Shown here in pieces: positions 9,491-19,541 of a stretch of DNA of 64,000 nucleotides. The stretch is from Nanobdellota archaeon. GTDB taxonomy: Archaea > Nanobdellota > Nanobdellia > Pacearchaeales > GW2011-AR1. Below the pieces are notes generated by a model. That model worked only from the letters and a program-made list of their open reading frames with translations. It had not been told where the DNA came from and ran no database searches. A program made the position numbers and the translations under genes. Position 1 is the stretch's first letter, and the number at the start of each line of letters is the position of its first letter. Location: NCBI GenBank assembly GCA_038045945.1, contig JBBSXC010000001.1:1-64000 (forward strand), written 5' to 3'.

Positions 9491-10426
9491 ATGAAATCTC
9501 TATCTATTGGCCCTATCAAACTTGCTAATCCTTTTATTCTTGCCCCAATGGTTGATGTTACTGATCTTTCTTATCGTCAGCTTTGTCGCCAGGCTGGTGC
9601 ATCGCTGTCTTTTGTTGAGATGGTTTATGTTAATTCTTTGTCTAATGGTAATGATTTTACTAAGAGACTAATAAGGAAGTATGATGGAGAAAAACCTGTT
9701 GGAATACAAGTTGCTGGTAGTAGTGTTGAAGAGTTCAAGAAGGCTTTGCCCGTTCTCAAAACTTTTGATTTGGTAGATATTAATTGTGGTTGTCCATCGA
9801 ACAGAATAATTGGTGGTAAGGCTGGTTCGTACTTGCTTAATACTCCTAAGAAAATTGCGCAAATAATTTCTTATTTGAAGTCTGAAGGTTTAGTTGTTAC
9901 TGCTAAGATTCGCTTAGGTTTTTTTAAGAATAATGTTTTAGAAATCGCTAAGGTTATTGAGGATGCTGGTGCTGATGCTTTAACTATTCATGCTCGTTTG
10001 GCAACTGATGGTAATGATGTTAAGGCTGATTGGGAAGAAATAAGAAAAGTTAAGCAATTTCTTAAGATTCCTGTTATTGGTAATGGTGATGTTGTTGATG
10101 GTAAGTCTGCTAAAAAACTTCTTAGTTTTTGTGATGGTGTAATGGTTGCTCGTGCATCGCTAGGTAATCCTCTTATTTTTCGCAACATCATTCATTATTT
10201 TGATAATGGTAAAGAAATTTCTACTTCTCCTCAGGAAAGGATTGCTCAGCTAAAAAAGTATTTTTTAAATGTTGAAAAGAATGGTGTTTTGAAAGTTGAG
10301 AGGGTTAAGCATGTTTGTAACTATTTCTTAAATGGTTTTCCTGGTGCTTCTAAGATGAGGAATGATTTTAATAAAATAAAGACGTCTAGTGAAATAAAGA
10401 GTTTTATTGATAATATTACGCTATAA
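9491..10426 (+). CDS. dus: tRNA-dihydrouridine synthase
   Basis: LAPMVDVTD, DINCGCP, TAKIRLG, TIHAR and VIGNGDV. Confidence 0.93.
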   Translation: MKSLSIGPIKLANPFILAPMVDVTDLSYRQLCRQAGASLSFVEMVYVNSLSNGNDFTKRLIRKYDGEKPVGIQVAGSSVEEFKKALPVLKTFDLVDINCGCPSNRIIGGKAGSYLLNTPKKIAQIISYLKSEGLVVTAKIRLGFFKNNVLEIAKVIEDAGADALTIHARLATDGNDVKADWEEIRKVKQFLKIPVIGNGDVVDGKSAKKLLSFCDGVMVARASLGNPLIFRNIIHYFDNGKEISTSPQERIAQLKKYFLNVEKNGVLKVERVKHVCNYFLNGFPGASKMRNDFNKIKTSSEIKSFIDNITL

Positions 10427-10461
10427 TCATTGTTTTAATGTCTCTTTCCCCATGATTTTTT

Positions 10462-10695
10462 ATGAGAAGAAGAGAAGTTAGAGAAGGTTTGGAAGTTATG
10501 ATCCCTGGCGGAGTTGGTGGTTCTTATAATGAAACGTCTAACAGTTTTGTTTCGAGGAGATATGGAGTTGTAAAGCCTTACCAGAATAATAAATTATTTG
10601 ATGATAAAAAGAGAGTTAGGGTTGATGTAGATGATGAAGGAGTTTCAAGAATTATTCTTTATGATTATAAAAAAATAAAAAGAAAGGTTTTATAA
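10462..10695 (+). CDS. Hypothetical protein
   Basis: 77 aa ORF between dus and the dph2 fragment. Confidence 0.55.
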   Translation: MRRREVREGLEVMIPGGVGGSYNETSNSFVSRRYGVVKPYQNNKLFDDKKRVRVDVDDEGVSRIILYDYKKIKRKVL

Positions 10696-10717
10696 CAGCT
10701 TTTTCTTCCATTTCTTT

Positions 10718-11053
10718 ATGAAGATGCATAAAAAATCTATTAAGGAAATTAAGGATGAGTACGAGTTAGACCTTGATGCTATTAGCGGTGAACTAAAAAA
10801 AGTAACTAGCGATAAGAAGTCTAATATGATTGTTCTTTTTCAGTTTCCAGATGGTATGAAGCCTTATTCTACAACGATAGTTGATTATTTTGCTGAAAAG
10901 TTTCCCTTGGTTAGTTTTCTTATTTGGATGGAGTCTTGTTTTGGTGCTTGTGATGTTCCTGTCATTGGTTCGCAGCTTGAGAAGAAGATTGACTTAGTTG
11001 TTCAGTTCGGTCACGTGCAATGGCATAATAATTCGCCAATATGGGAAGCATAA
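10718..11053 (+). CDS. dph2: Diphthamide synthesis protein Dph2, N-terminal domain only
   Basis: [16 protein letters not shown] and DLVVQFGH motifs, but only 111 aa. Confidence 0.8.
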   Translation: MKMHKKSIKEIKDEYELDLDAISGELKKVTSDKKSNMIVLFQFPDGMKPYSTTIVDYFAEKFPLVSFLIWMESCFGACDVPVIGSQLEKKIDLVVQFGHVQWHNNSPIWEA

Positions 11054-11087
11054 AGGTTTAAAAAGCATATTTCTAATTAATTATATC

Positions 11088-11510
11088 ATGGGTTTAATGA
11101 ATGCTAGAAAATTAATGAGTAAAAGAAAAAAGTTTAGGTGGTCCGATCATAAATTCAAGCTTAGAGTAACTGATTCTTATGCTAAGGCAGACCCACTTGA
11201 AGGTAAGTCTCAAGCTAAGGGAATAGTTTTAGAAAAAGTTCAAAAAGAAGCAAGACAGCCAAACTCAGCTATGAGAAAGTGCTGCAAAGTTCAACTAATT
11301 AAGAATTCTCGTTCTGTTATAGCATTCATACCAGGTAACCTTGCGCAAAAGTTTGTTGATGAACACGACGAAGTAATAATTGAGAGAATTGGCGGAAGAC
11401 AAGGAAGACAGAAAGGAGATATACCTGGCGTTCGTTTTCAAGTTATTAAAGTAAATGATCAACCCCTTAGAAGACTTTGGAAGGGTCAGATCGAGAAGGG
11501 TAGAAGATAA
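11088..11510 (+). CDS. rps12: 30S ribosomal protein S12 (uS12)
   Basis: [24 protein letters not shown] and GDIPGVRF. Start corrected to ATG 11088. Confidence 0.97.
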   Translation: MGLMNARKLMSKRKKFRWSDHKFKLRVTDSYAKADPLEGKSQAKGIVLEKVQKEARQPNSAMRKCCKVQLIKNSRSVIAFIPGNLAQKFVDEHDEVIIERIGGRQGRQKGDIPGVRFQVIKVNDQPLRRLWKGQIEKGRR

Positions 11511-12103
11511 TGGTGCAAAAAGTTTTTGATTTATACACAACTGATGATGTAGTAGTTAATGATTTTGGTCTTAAGAGAGTTATAAGTTTAGACTCTAAAC
11601 TTGTACTAAAGAGTCATGGTAGATTAACAGATAAGTATGCTAAGACTAAGATGAATATTGTTGAAAGACTAATTAATCTTGTTGCTGTTCCAGGTCATCG
11701 CGGTAAAAAGCATAAAGTTATCACATCACACTCTTCTGGAAAGTATTCTCGTAATGCTTCAATGATTATGGATTCTTTAAAGATGATTCATGACAAAACT
11801 AAGCAGAACCCTATTCAGGTATTAGTTAAGGCTGTTGAGAATGCTGCTCCTCGTGATGGTACAACAACTATTGAGTATGGTGGAGCTAAGTATCCTCAAG
11901 CTGTTGATCTTTCACCAATTAAGAGAATTGCTTTAGCTTTACGTAACATGGTTCATGGTGCTCAGGATAAATCTTTTGGTAAAAAAATTAAGATGTCCGC
12001 TGCTTTAGCTAACGAAATAATTCTTGCTTCACAAAATTCTAATGATAGTGTAGCAGTTAGCAAAAAGAATGAGAGCGAAAAACAGGCAGACAGTGCACGA
12101 TAA
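11510..12103 (+). CDS. rps7: 30S ribosomal protein S7 (uS7)
   Basis: IVERLIN, NPIQVLVKAVENAAPR, YGG...QAVDLSP; follows rps12. Confidence 0.96.
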   Translation: MVQKVFDLYTTDDVVVNDFGLKRVISLDSKLVLKSHGRLTDKYAKTKMNIVERLINLVAVPGHRGKKHKVITSHSSGKYSRNASMIMDSLKMIHDKTKQNPIQVLVKAVENAAPRDGTTTIEYGGAKYPQAVDLSPIKRIALALRNMVHGAQDKSFGKKIKMSAALANEIILASQNSNDSVAVSKKNESEKQADSAR

Positions 12104-12147
12104 GGACAATAAATAATTTTATATTCTAACAAAAACTTACTTTATTC

Positions 12148-12750
12148 ATGGTTAAACCTCAAGCTGATTTAAAAAAAGTTTTATCAAGGCTTTCTACTGT
12201 TAATCTTGGAGGGTTTGGCAAGTTTGGTCTTTCTTCTCCTTGTGGTAAAGTTGTTGCTCCTTTAGATGTTCTTTTTGAGAGTCGTTCTGGTGCTGATGGT
12301 TCTCAACTTCTTATTATGGGCTTAAAGTATTATGAGTTATTTCCTGAAGGCAGCGGTCTTAATCCTGGAGCTATTGAGGAAAGTGTTGAGGAATTAGTTG
12401 ATAGGAATAATCAGGAACCTTTTGGTAATTTTGGTTGGGTTGTTGCTTATGATTCTACTCGAATGAATCTTGATTCTTCTAACCCTACAAGAGTTTTACG
12501 AGTTAATGTTTGGTCTCATACTAACCCTGATGGTTTTACTTCTAAAGTTTTTGAGTATTATAAGGGTAAAAGAAAAAGTATGATAATTCCCGATCCTCAA
12601 ACTGCTAGAGAAATTAATGGTAAAGAATTTTCTATTGGTACTTATGAAAGAATGGTTTGGAAAAAGTATTTGAAGAGTAAAAGAGAAAGAGACGATGTTG
12701 TAGAATACTTAACTAATTTTTATTCTACAGGGATAGAACCAGCAAGATAA
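12148..12750 (+). CDS. Hypothetical protein inserted between rps7 and EF-2
   Basis: 200 aa ORF with no recognisable motif. Confidence 0.7.
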   Translation: MVKPQADLKKVLSRLSTVNLGGFGKFGLSSPCGKVVAPLDVLFESRSGADGSQLLIMGLKYYELFPEGSGLNPGAIEESVEELVDRNNQEPFGNFGWVVAYDSTRMNLDSSNPTRVLRVNVWSHTNPDGFTSKVFEYYKGKRKSMIIPDPQTAREINGKEFSIGTYERMVWKKYLKSKRERDDVVEYLTNFYSTGIEPAR

Positions 12751-12794
12751 AATCTTCGCAAAAGCTTTTTAAAGGTTCATTCTGATTACTTTCT

Positions 12795-14984
12795 ATGGCT
12801 GCTAAAGAAACATCTGCTGAGAAAATTTTTCGTTTGTCCACAGAGCAAACTCAGATAAGAAATATTGCTACTTCAGCACATATTCATCACGGTAAAACAG
12901 CAATGACTGATACACTACTGGCTGCTGCTGGTATGATGTCTCAAAAGGCTGCTGGTGATTTGGAAGAGGGTATGACTACATGGCAGCATTCTGATGAGCA
13001 AGAGAGATTAATGACAGTGGACGCTGCAAACGTTTCTATGGTTCACGATTTTGGTGGTAAAGAATACTTGATTAATCTTATTGATACCCCAGGACACGTT
13101 GATTTTGGTGGAAACGTAACTAGAGCCATGAGAGCAATTGATGGAACAATCGTTCTAGTTTGTGCTTCTGAGGGAATTATGCCTCAGACTGAAACAGTTA
13201 TGAGACAAGCACTAAAAGAAAGAGTTAAGCCAGTATTATTTATTAACAAAGTTGATAGGCTTATCAAAGAATTAAAGCTTACTCCTGAACAAATGCAAGC
13301 TCGTTTCATGAAAATTATTGAGCACTTTAACACTTTAGTTTACAAAATTGCTGATCCTGAATTTAAGAATCTTTGGCAAGTTAGTATAACTGATGGCTCT
13401 GTTGCTTTTGGTAGTGCTAAGGATAATTGGGCTATGAGTTTACCATTCATGAAGAAGAAGGGTGTTAGTTTCAAGGATATTATTCGTATTACTGAGCTTG
13501 AAGCTGATGAGAGGAAGAAGTGGGTTTGGGCTAATGCTCCTTTGCCGGAAGTTATTCTTGATATGGTTATTAAGCACTTGCCTAATCCTTTAGAAGCTCA
13601 AAAGTATCGTATTCCTAAAATTTGGAGAGGAGATATTGAGTCAGATTTCGGTCAGAATCTTCTTAATTGTGATCCTAAGGGTAAGCCAGCTTTCGTTATT
13701 ACTAGAATTGTTATTGATCCTAGAAGTGGAAAGGAAATAAGTGCTGGAAGATTATTCTCAGGCACTTTACAAGTTGGTCAAGAGGTTTATCTTAATATGG
13801 CTAAGAAGAAACAAAAAATTCAGAATTTGTTTATTTATAATGGTATTAAGCCTGAGCAGATTGAATCAATTAGTTGTGGTAACGTACTTGCTATTAGCGG
13901 TGTTTATTCTGATGCTGGTGAAACAATAACTTTGGAAGAGGAAACTCCTTTTGAGGAATTAAAACACATTTTCGAACCAGTTATTACTAAAGCTATTGAG
14001 GTTAACAAATCAGCTGATCTTCCTAAACTTATTGAGATTTTGAGAAAGGTTGGTAAGGAAGACCCTTCAATTAAGATTCAGATTAATGAAGAGACTGGTG
14101 AGAACCTTATTAGTGGTATGGGTGAATTACACTTAGAGATTATTGAGAATCGTATTAAGACTGAGAAGGGACTAGATGTTAAGACTTCACCACCTATTGT
14201 TGTTTATAGAGAAACAGTAACTAAGGCTAGTACTGTTGCTGAGGGTAAGTCTCCTAATAAGCACAATTTGTTCTTTATCAAGGTTGAACCTTTAGAGGAT
14301 GAAATAGCTAAAGCAATTCAAAACGGAGATATTTCTTCTGGTAGAGTTAAGAAGAATGAAAAAGTTTTGATTAAGAGTCTTGTTAATCTTGGTGTAAGTA
14401 ATGATGAGGCTAAGCAGTATCGTGATGTTTACAAGGGTAACGTTTTCTTAGATAAAACTAAGGGAGAAGTTCATATTGGTGAAGTTATTGAGTTAGTTCT
14501 TGACGCTTTTGAACAAGTTATGGATGCTGGACCATTAGCTAGAGAGCCTTGCACTAAACTAAAAATCTCTCTTGATGATATTAAGCTTCATGAAGATGCT
14601 ATTCATCGTGGACCAGCTCAGGTTTATCCTGCTGTTCGTGACAGCATTTATGCTGCTATGGAACTTGCTGGCAGAAGACTTTTAGAACCAGTTCAGATTC
14701 ACGAGATTGATTCTCCTGCTGATATGATGGCTGAAGTAACAAAGTTAGTATCAACTAAGCGTGGACAAATTATTGATGTTAAACAAGAAAATGATAATTC
14801 ATCAGTAGTTGGTAAGATGCCTGTTGGTGAAATGTTAGGATGGAGTTCTGATTTACGTTCTGCTACTCAAGGCCGTGGTGTTTCAGCACTTAAGGATCAA
14901 ATGTTTGAGATGATGCCACTAGAATTACAAGCAAACGTTATAAGAAATATTAGAACTAGAAAGGGCTTAAGCGAAAACCAATAA
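12795..14984 (+). CDS. fusA: Elongation factor EF-2
   Basis: IRNI...AHIHHGKT, DTPGHVDF, NKVD, GMGELHLE and HEDAIHRGPAQ (diphthamide loop). Confidence 0.98.
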   Translation: MAAKETSAEKIFRLSTEQTQIRNIATSAHIHHGKTAMTDTLLAAAGMMSQKAAGDLEEGMTTWQHSDEQERLMTVDAANVSMVHDFGGKEYLINLIDTPGHVDFGGNVTRAMRAIDGTIVLVCASEGIMPQTETVMRQALKERVKPVLFINKVDRLIKELKLTPEQMQARFMKIIEHFNTLVYKIADPEFKNLWQVSITDGSVAFGSAKDNWAMSLPFMKKKGVSFKDIIRITELEADERKKWVWANAPLPEVILDMVIKHLPNPLEAQKYRIPKIWRGDIESDFGQNLLNCDPKGKPAFVITRIVIDPRSGKEISAGRLFSGTLQVGQEVYLNMAKKKQKIQNLFIYNGIKPEQIESISCGNVLAISGVYSDAGETITLEEETPFEELKHIFEPVITKAIEVNKSADLPKLIEILRKVGKEDPSIKIQINEETGENLISGMGELHLEIIENRIKTEKGLDVKTSPPIVVYRETVTKASTVAEGKSPNKHNLFFIKVEPLEDEIAKAIQNGDISSGRVKKNEKVLIKSLVNLGVSNDEAKQYRDVYKGNVFLDKTKGEVHIGEVIELVLDAFEQVMDAGPLAREPCTKLKISLDDIKLHEDAIHRGPAQVYPAVRDSIYAAMELAGRRLLEPVQIHEIDSPADMMAEVTKLVSTKRGQIIDVKQENDNSSVVGKMPVGEMLGWSSDLRSATQGRGVSALKDQMFEMMPLELQANVIRNIRTRKGLSENQ

Positions 14985-15025
14985 TTCTTTTTTATTGTCT
15001 TTCTTTAATTCTACTAAAAATTCTT

Positions 15026-15685
15026 TTACTTTTTTCTCTTTTTGTATACGTGGGCGTAGAATGGTATTCCACTATCTCTTATTATTTCGCTTTCTACAAC
15101 TTTCATTTTGTGCAATTCTTGGTGTCTTCTGCAATGATTGATATTAACAAATATTGTTCCAGGTTTTGCTTGGTCAACTACTCTCTCAACCAGTTTTTTT
15201 GGCGTTTTATGAATTGAACTATGGAATAATGTTCCAAAATCATTAGGTTTAAATCCTGATTCTTCATATGTTGATTCTTCATTGAAGTCTCCCGGGATTA
15301 TTGATGCTAATTCACCATTAGGTATTGCTCCTCTTGATTGTAAGTATGTTAGGTTTGCTACTCCGTAGAGGAAGAAGTCTTCGTCTCTTTCCGCCCCGTA
15401 TGCACCAAGCCCTATGGATGCTGCTGATGCTAAAACTCTTGCGTCTCCCGCTCCTGCATCTTGCAATAATCCGTACTTGGGTATTATTCTTTGCCCTTTT
15501 AGTCTTTCTAGCAAGGCTGCTAATTCGTCTATTGGTGTGTGGAAGTGGTCGTTGTTTGTTCCTCTAACCATGCAGTTAAAGGTTAGTGAACTCTTCCTCT
15601 TCTTTGATTCTGGGCTTTTGTAATGTGCTACTACTTGTCTAGTTTGGCTACTACCGACTATTCTTAAGTGTGTTTTAGAATGCAT
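15026..15685 (-). CDS. Putative class I SAM-dependent methyltransferase
   Basis: LQDAGAGDARV motif I, YGAE and IIPGDF. Confidence 0.6.
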   Translation of the reverse strand: MHSKTHLRIVGSSQTRQVVAHYKSPESKKRKSSLTFNCMVRGTNNDHFHTPIDELAALLERLKGQRIIPKYGLLQDAGAGDARVLASAASIGLGAYGAERDEDFFLYGVANLTYLQSRGAIPNGELASIIPGDFNEESTYEESGFKPNDFGTLFHSSIHKTPKKLVERVVDQAKPGTIFVNINHCRRHQELHKMKVVESEIIRDSGIPFYAHVYKKRKK

Positions 15686-15785
15686 GGAAAAGACATAAGT
15701 GAAATTTGCCTTTTAAACGTTACTCTAAAAGGTTATTTGTAGAAGGGAAAAATTATAAATTAAAAAATAATAATTGTTGTTTTTC

Positions 15786-16205
15786 TTAACAGTAATACAC
15801 TATTGCGCTTACCATTAGTATGTGTACTAGTGTGTATAAGTTGTTTAGTGAGTAAAGGGATAAGCTTTTTCCTTCCCATAATACACCGCTCATAGTTGTT
15901 GTTAGTATGAATCCTACCCATAATACTACTGCTAGTGCCCATGCTGCTCCTAAACTGCTTACTCCTAATGCGCTGAATAGTACACTTATTGCAACTGCCA
16001 TTACTACGTTTCCTAAGAATGCTGCTATCATTTGTGCTGTCATTCCTTTCTTTTTAGCTTCTTGTATTTGTTTATCAGTCATTTTTATTCCTGATAGCTT
16101 CATCCATAATTTTCCGAATAGTGGCCCGTACCAGACCATCCCTAGAATGATGCTTGCTACTGCTGCTATTAGTACTCCTAATAGATTAAAATATGCAAAT
16201 GTCAT
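15786..16205 (-). CDS. DUF1761 family membrane protein
   Basis: LGMVWYGPLFGKLWMKL and 4 TM helices. Confidence 0.88.
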   Translation of the reverse strand: MTFAYFNLLGVLIAAVASIILGMVWYGPLFGKLWMKLSGIKMTDKQIQEAKKKGMTAQMIAAFLGNVVMAVAISVLFSALGVSSLGAAWALAVVLWVGFILTTTMSGVLWEGKSLSLYSLNNLYTLVHILMVSAIVYYC

Positions 16206-16284
16206 TTTTCACCTCCTTTTAGTTTTTTCATTTTTTTAGTTTCAAAATATTTACATTTTGAGACCACGAAATGTTATTAACATT

Positions 16285-16782
16285 TCAATGGTTTGCTAGC
16301 ATTATTGCTGTTACTGCTATCCACCCTAGTGCGAACATGCATGAGATTATTGCTATTCTTAGTGAAGAAAACTTTTTTTCGCTTATTGAAGCTAGTGCGT
16401 GTGATTGTTCGTACATTTTCTTTATCATTGTTTCTTCATTTATCGCCATGGCTCTTTGTGAATATTCTTCTTTTGTTGATGCTAGTATGTCTCTGAAGTA
16501 TATTACTCCTTCTTTGTTTCCTTGTGTTAGTCTTGGATATATCACTAGTATTATGTGTTTGAATGCTATTATTAGTGATATTATTGCTACTCCTCCAAAT
16601 ATCATTACTTTTGGTTTCATTAGTTCTGCAAAGTTGAATTTTGTTAGAACGTTTGTTAATACTGCTGTTAGTAATCCTAATACGCTGAAAACCCATACTG
16701 CTTTTGAGTCTGCTAGTTTTATTTGTTCTTGTGTGTTTGTTGCTACGAATTTTGCGAATTCGAATCTTGTTTTAGAATCCAT
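16285..16782 (-). CDS. Pycsar effector-like (PycTM/DUF5706) membrane protein
   Basis: QIKLADSKA, TM-TM, YPRL...IYFRDI, LASISEKKF, C-terminal TM. SD-like aggtga precedes ATG 16782. Confidence 0.8.
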   Translation of the reverse strand: MDSKTRFEFAKFVATNTQEQIKLADSKAVWVFSVLGLLTAVLTNVLTKFNFAELMKPKVMIFGGVAIISLIIAFKHIILVIYPRLTQGNKEGVIYFRDILASTKEEYSQRAMAINEETMIKKMYEQSHALASISEKKFSSLRIAIISCMFALGWIAVTAIMLANH

Positions 16783-16965
16783 TTTAGTCTCACCTTTTTT
16801 TACTTCATCACGCATGCTTAATCAGGGGTTTTGTATTATTTAAACATTAACAAAGGTCATTTTTTTATAATATCATTTTTTTGTTTTGCGTAGTTAAGTT
16901 TTTGGTTTTGATTAATAGGACTTTATCATAATCATGTTTTTATAGGCCTTTTAGTAATTATTTTA

Positions 16966-17415
16966 ATGATTAACCAGGCTAATGGTTCTAGTGAGGAGTA
17001 TCGTAAAACTGTTGATTTTGAATCTTTCTCTATAGAGTTTATTGTTCCTGGAATGATTAAGAGTTATATTGACCTTACTGGTTTTGATTTGAATGGGTAC
17101 CTAGAGGATATTGATGGTTGGTTTACTAATTATTTGTTTGAGGTTTTAGATTGGGATAGGGATGGTATTCCTGATAAGGAGTTTGGTAAAGAATTCCAAG
17201 TTATTATTTATGGTATTGCTGATAAAATCGTTGATGGTGTTCCTTATGGTTTAATGGTTGATATCGATTATGATCATACTTCTAGAGTTTTTGGTCGTGC
17301 TAAGAAGGAAAGGGCTTTTGATGACTTAGTTAAGAAGATGAAAGTTATCCCTAAGGAAGAAATGTCTTATAAGCCAGACTTTCAACTTATTGAAATAACC
17401 TTAAGAAAATATTAA
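16966..17415 (+). CDS. Hypothetical protein
   Basis: 149 aa acidic ORF. Confidence 0.65.
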   Translation: MINQANGSSEEYRKTVDFESFSIEFIVPGMIKSYIDLTGFDLNGYLEDIDGWFTNYLFEVLDWDRDGIPDKEFGKEFQVIIYGIADKIVDGVPYGLMVDIDYDHTSRVFGRAKKERAFDDLVKKMKVIPKEEMSYKPDFQLIEITLRKY

Positions 17416-17425
17416 TTAATAATCT

Positions 17426-17908
17426 ATGAGAGGCGTAAAATCTTGCGAGGTTGATAAGAGGCAAAGGTCTAAAGATAGAGTTTTAGTTTTGTACGTTCTT
17501 GATGATAAGTCTGTTAGTGAAATTAGCATGTTAACTGCTGTTCCTAGGAGAACTATTAATAATTGGGTTAAGCCTTACCTTAATGATAAGAATTATTCTC
17601 TTGCTGAAAGAGTAGAGTTAGGTAGAGTCGTTGCTCGTACATGTATAAGCCTTGGAATGTCACTAAATGGCCTAAAAGATTATTTGGCCGTTAGTAGAAA
17701 TTGTGCTCTGGATTATATTGACGGCAAATCTATACCTTCGGACGATAGAAGGGAGTGGATTTTAGAACTTATTAATCGCCGACGCGGAAGAAGTGTTTTT
17801 TCTTCATGGCAAGATTTAATGGATGATATTAATTTTAGAGTAAAATCTTACGGTTATAATTCTCCGTCGCTGAATACTTCTTCAAACTCTTTGGAACAAA
17901 AGATTTAA
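17426..17908 (+). CDS. Tandem helix-turn-helix protein
   Basis: KSVSEISMLTAVPRRTINNWV (HTH) plus a second XRE-like HTH, MSLNGLKDYLAVSRNCALDYIDGKSIPS. Confidence 0.65.
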   Translation: MRGVKSCEVDKRQRSKDRVLVLYVLDDKSVSEISMLTAVPRRTINNWVKPYLNDKNYSLAERVELGRVVARTCISLGMSLNGLKDYLAVSRNCALDYIDGKSIPSDDRREWILELINRRRGRSVFSSWQDLMDDINFRVKSYGYNSPSLNTSSNSLEQKI

Positions 17909-17933
17909 AAAGGATGTTTTTTTATGTTATCTC

Positions 17934-19205
17934 ATGGCAAGAGACAAGAGAAATCTTAATGTAGCTTTCGTTGGTCACGTTGATCACGGAAAATCAACTA
18001 CTATAGGTAGACTTATGTTCGATACTGGTGCTGTTTCACCACAAGAGTTAGACAAGCTTAAAGCTGAAGCTGAAAAGCATGGTAAAGCAGGTTTCGAATT
18101 CGCTTACGTTATGGACAAATTCAAGGAAGAGAGAGAAAGAGGAGTTACTATTGATCTGTCTTATAGAAAAATCCAAACTAAGAAATACCAAATTACAATT
18201 ATTGATGCTCCAGGACACAAAGACTTTATTAAGAACATGATTACTGGTGCTTCACAGTCAGATGCTGCTTTCTTAACTGTTGCTGCTTCTGAAGGTATTC
18301 AACCTCAAACTAAGGAACACTTATGGTTACTAAGAACTATGGGTGTTAGACAAATAGCAATTTTAGTTAATAAGATGGATGTTGCTGGTTACAAAGAAGA
18401 GGCTTTTAACAAGGTTAAAGCTGATGTTTCAACTTTATTAAAACAAGTTGGTTTCAAACCAGATACAATCAATTTCATTGCAGCTTCAGGTTTAAAGGGA
18501 GATAATGTTGGTAAGAGAAGTGAAAACATGCCTTGGTATAAGGGTCCAACAATATTAGAACAATTTGATAACTTCGAAGAACCTGCTGCTCTTAACGCTT
18601 TCCCATTAAGAATGCCTATTCAAGATGCTTACGAAATTACAGGTATCGGTACTGTTCCAGTTGGTAAAATAGTTACAGGTACTATGAAGATTGGTCAAAA
18701 AGTTATAATCCTTCCAGGTAGAAGCGGTACTGGAGTTCCTGGCGAAATAAGAACTATTGAAATGCACCACGAACAAATGCCTGAAGCTCAAGCTGGAGAT
18801 AATGTTGGTATTAACATAAGAGGAGTTGGTAAGAAAGATGTTGCTAGAGGAGATGTTCTTTGCGACGCTAGCAAACCTGCACCTGTTGTTAAAGAATTCA
18901 CTGCCCAAATAGCAGTTATAAACCACCCAACTGTTATTGCTAAGGGTTACACTCCTGTTTTCCACGTTCACACTGGCCAAGTTCCTTGCACTATTACTGA
19001 ATTAATTGAGAAGAGAGAAGGAGACCAAATTGTTAAGAATCCTGACTTTTTGAAGAATGGTGATGTTGCTAAGGTTAAGATTACTCCAATAGGTCACTTA
19101 GTTATTGAGAAACAAACTGATAATCCTATGATGAGCGGTTTCGCCATTAGAGATGCTGGAGCTACTGTAGCTGCTGGTGTTTGTATTGACTTAGTAGCAA
19201 AGTAA
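17934..19205 (+). CDS. tuf: Elongation factor EF-1 alpha
   Basis: GHVDHGKST, EERERGVTID, DAPGHKDFIKNMITG and NKMD. Confidence 0.98.
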   Translation: MARDKRNLNVAFVGHVDHGKSTTIGRLMFDTGAVSPQELDKLKAEAEKHGKAGFEFAYVMDKFKEERERGVTIDLSYRKIQTKKYQITIIDAPGHKDFIKNMITGASQSDAAFLTVAASEGIQPQTKEHLWLLRTMGVRQIAILVNKMDVAGYKEEAFNKVKADVSTLLKQVGFKPDTINFIAASGLKGDNVGKRSENMPWYKGPTILEQFDNFEEPAALNAFPLRMPIQDAYEITGIGTVPVGKIVTGTMKIGQKVIILPGRSGTGVPGEIRTIEMHHEQMPEAQAGDNVGINIRGVGKKDVARGDVLCDASKPAPVVKEFTAQIAVINHPTVIAKGYTPVFHVHTGQVPCTITELIEKREGDQIVKNPDFLKNGDVAKVKITPIGHLVIEKQTDNPMMSGFAIRDAGATVAAGVCIDLVAK

Positions 19206-19291
19206 GGTTTTTGAAAAATTCTTTTATAGATTTTTTTGATTAGAAACAATGCCCCTCTTTTTTCAACAAATTCGGATTAATAAATATAAAC

Positions 19292-19528
19292 ATGGATAGA
19301 CAACACAAAATTTATTGCGGGAATGGTATTTTGTTAGCTGGGCATGTTGATTTATTGGTTGCTTATGACACTGCTAGAGCAATTGGAGGATATGTTGAGC
19401 AGGGAGCTATAGATGCTAGAGGAGTTATTAGTTCTGCAGAGTTAGAGCTTCATAAATTATTATCTGAAGGCGGATTAGGCGATCATCATTTTAGAAGTAT
19501 AGAGACTGGTGTTAGGGAAATTAAATAA
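19292..19528 (+). CDS. Small hypothetical protein (paralogue A)
   Basis: 78 aa ORF resembling the next ORF. Confidence 0.6.
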   Translation: MDRQHKIYCGNGILLAGHVDLLVAYDTARAIGGYVEQGAIDARGVISSAELELHKLLSEGGLGDHHFRSIETGVREIK

Positions 19529-19541
19529 TTAAGGATTTTTT

